DNA from: Eledone cirrhosa | Taxonomy: Eukaryota | Reading direction: 5' to 3' | Assembly (NCBI GenBank): GCA_964016885.1 | Contig: OZ024740.1 | Location: 116,746,001-116,810,000, forward strand | DNA length: 64,000 bases | Part shown: piece after piece, positions 60,661-64,000 of the stretch | Position numbering within the stretch: position 1 is the stretch's first letter | How the letters are laid out: every line of letters begins with the position of its first letter | Position numbers and translations under genes: made by a program | The notes under the pieces: model-generated | What the model saw: the letters and a program-made list of their open reading frames with translations, nothing else | Databases searched by the model: none | What the model was told of the DNA's origin: nothing

Positions 60661-60665
<5 letters not shown>
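60020..60665 (+). mobile_element. 5'-truncated Penelope-like element with a 144-bp inverted terminal copy and a large hammerhead at 60393-60513
   Basis: Inverted repeat 60020-60163/60410-60553; TTATT-CCGATGA-...-GAAA-CACGTG-TC-AATAA; (TA)n flanks. Confidence 0.8.
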
Positions 60666-60724
<59 letters not shown>

Positions 60725-60741
60725 ACACACACACATACACA

Positions 60742-60829
<88 letters not shown>

Positions 60830-61066
60830 TATATATATATAAATTAGATAGATAGATATTTAGTTTTGTAAATTGAAAAGATAAGCCTGGCGTAAAACCC
60901 GTTCAACACTCAAAGTGGTCATTAAGTACACTACATGGGGTGGTGTACACCCGAGGGACAGGTTATTCCGTCTTTTTCTTTTCTGGAATCCAATACCATC
61001 GGACGTAAGTTCATAGACTATAGTAAAAACAGGTAACGAAGAGATCAATACAGCGTATATCTGTTA

Positions 61067-61260
61067 CAGACTTGCAACTATTCCCATCCGACGGGTGAGA
61101 TCTCCCACCCATTTTGGAGTGGGTGAGAGATGCTTTCTCTTGTGAAAATGGGTATAGCTTTCATTATGTAAAATCTCCCCATTTTGCCTCATTTCTCCCC
61201 GTTTTAGGGCACTTTTTTTATGGTACTCCCCGCTTGGGTTTTTAGAGGTTGACAGGTCTG
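61067..61260. mobile_element. Possible hAT-type MITE
   Basis: Imperfect TIRs CAGACTTGCAAC/GTTGACAGGTCTG; internal TCTCCC repeats; no clear 8-bp target duplication. Confidence 0.4.
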
Positions 61261-63025
61261 ATATTAAGTGATGAATATTTTTACGATAATTCTGCTCAGC
61301 GCTACAGTTATATCATAGCCGTACTCGGATGATTATCACTTCTTCGGACTTGTACACATATAGATGTACAGAACTCATCTGTTCTTCAAATGCATAAATT
61401 TCATTTATATGCTATATATATTCCTTTAAACGGTTACAAAGACAAAACACAATAAAACAAAACAAAACTAAACACCTAAGATGAAGGTCAAAATCAAAGT
61501 TGACGTGCACCACCGCATTAACTCACGAGAAACAAATAATTAAACAAAAACAACTTTAATTATTAGACGTTGTCCACATCATTTTAATAAGGCATTCATA
61601 AAATCATGATAATAATTGTTTCTACTTTTGGCACAAGGCCAGATATTATACCAGTACATTACTGGTACTTTATTTTATCGTTAACCTCGGCGGGATTTGA
61701 ACTCAGACCGTAAAGAGGCGCATCTCTATGCCACAAAGCATGGCATCCGGCTCTCTACCGATACTGCCACTCGATTATGATAATAATGTTATAACCATTA
61801 AACTTTACTGCATCTATTTAGTTTTCGACATAATGGCTTTACATTTTCATCACAATAGACTTCTGTATAAACTCCTCCATATCTTCATACGTATTGAGTT
61901 AGATTTTTCTCAAGTTATATAGCCGCTTATTTTACCAACGCGTTTTGCATACTTCTGTGTCGAGTGGTGAATAATAATTATCACGATTCGTGATTCTCTA
62001 GGACCAACGTGATCTCTGGTCTGTGATTAACGTTTTCCCTTCTACCTAGTAGCGTCAGTCATGCGCTTCTCTGAGGTCTACGCTCTAGGCCGCTGCCTAA
62101 TTAGTTTTAATTGTAGCGCCGGCTCTGCCTATAATAAAAAGAAATTCAGTTGCAGTCACCCCGTTTTCAGGACTACATTTTTTAATATGTCCTTCAAATT
62201 AAAACAATAATAATACGGCTTGAGTTTAAGAACCTGACTATTATTTCTAGCAGGTTTAGAGACCATTAGAGGCACCCTCCTTTACTCGACTGCCAGATGT
62301 TGCATTGGAAAGTACCATTGCTAAGTTGTCTAATATAAAAGAAACCAACTAGTAATACAGTTACAAGAATCTGTCATTCATCTAAGTGGCAGGATTTATT
62401 TTGGCAGACCAGGAATCTATAAGAAGGGATTAAGAATTGAACTCCTAATTGTTTTAGGTATTTATCACGACTAAATCCCTATGTTTAGACGTATAAAATG
62501 TATGTGGTTATGTATTGTATATTTGGATGTATATATATATGTGTCTGTAGCGGGAGTAAGTGTTATGCGATAAAACTATTTAAGTGAAATAATATATGCG
62601 AGAGCATACCACAGCTTAAAGTGTCATGACAACTGATTCTTTGCATTTTAGAGCAAATGTATATATATATGTGTGTGTGTATGTCTATGTGTGTGTGTGT
62701 GTGACTGAACGTCGGATAGAATGCTTTGGGGCATTCAATTCGGTTCTCTGCTCTCTGAGTTCAAATCCCACTGAGGTTATCTTTGCCTATTATCCATTCG
62801 AAGTCGATAAAAAAAGGACCAGTCTAATACGTTTCTTCCTCTATATCCCTTTCTCCCTCCCATACTCTCACCTGCTATCTTTCTTTGGAAGAAATCTACT
62901 GTATTCAGACATGGAGAGGAGATGGACTACGCCAGGTTTTAAAATGCGCCCTTACGATTCTCCCAAGGGATAGGGGAACATGTAATGCATATGTGTGACT
63001 GTTTGCACGGGGCTATGTCTGTGTG

Positions 63026-63092
<67 letters not shown>

Positions 63093-63118
63093 GTATATAT
63101 ATATGTATATATATATGT

Positions 63119-63175
<57 letters not shown>

Positions 63176-63577
63176 CAAATATGTATGTACAATGCACACG
63201 TGTGTGTATGTGTGTGTGCTTGTGTGAATTTGTTGCACCTTCTTCGATTACATCAATAAGTATTCCAGTTTGACTGACGGAACTGCCTACTCTTGAAATT
63301 AACTTGCAGGTGGCTGAGGTTTCTACAGACACGTATCATTTTAAATATATTTCTCCGAGAAAGCATGTGACAAGGCTTACCCTTTGAACTATTGATACAT
63401 CTCATGTTTACCAGCTGAATGGAATGGGAAAACGTGAAATATAGCGACTTGCTCAATGACACAACTTGCCGTCGGGAGGGAATCTAGCACACGACGTATG
63501 ATCGCGAGTCAAACACCTTAACCACTAAGCCCAGTACCTTAATATACACACATACATGCATACACACCCACGCGCGT

Positions 63578-63622
<45 letters not shown>

Positions 63623-63638
63623 CACACACACATACATG

Positions 63639-63710
<72 letters not shown>

Positions 63711-63721
63711 AATATATATAT

Positions 63722-64000
63722 GTCAGGTCGCTCTCGAATGCTACTGGTAAAATGTAACCCAGTATAACCTGTCACATGATCGGGTCGCCGGCGACTAAAC
63801 CGGCAACCCCACCAAGCTTGCTTGGTGAGGAGGGTGATATTTGGACACCCTGCGGGATGAAATATAAGACCCGGCAAAGGGCGGAGGAACTCAGCAGAGC
63901 CAACGGCCATCCAAATAGTACTTCTTTTTTTTTACCTGAGAGTGAAAGGCCCCCAGTTGTTGTCACAACACCTTTCTAAGAGAGGGAAACTCTGAAAAAA
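63722..64000 (+). mobile_element. GC-rich structured leader, probable 5' end of a LINE (RTE-like) continuing beyond the window
   Basis: Abrupt GC rise after (TA)n; several hairpins. Confidence 0.45.

Overview
AT-rich, microsatellite-saturated eukaryotic DNA with no host gene I can support. The SINE families and the (TA)n/(CA)n/(CATA)n/(ATCT)n density suggest an octopod cephalopod (inference). Most listed ORFs are translations of simple repeats. The window is a dense retroelement landscape in which families sit in their own microsatellite motif. (1) Five Tx1-clade LINE insertions lie in (ATCT)n at 17.5-30.6 kb; one is full length with an intact 1148-aa APE-RT-CCHC ORF2 and one is an ORF2-deleted derivative. 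(2) R4/Dong-type RLE elements and RTE 3' ends lie in (CATA)n/(TATG)n at 8.5-15.1 kb. (3) Many Penelope-like 3' ends with hammerhead ribozymes lie mostly in (TA)n. There are also tRNA-SINEs, a Helitron, mariner/maT relics and MITEs. The most striking observation is in the Tx1 elements: a consensus 5' splice donor overlaps the ORF1 stop codon, and a conserved pyrimidine tract plus AG overlaps the last ORF2 codons. The whole ORF2 could therefore be spliced out as an intron to give an ORF1-only mRNA, as in copia gag. The ORF2-deleted copy keeps both signals. All coordinates were read by eye and no searches were run.
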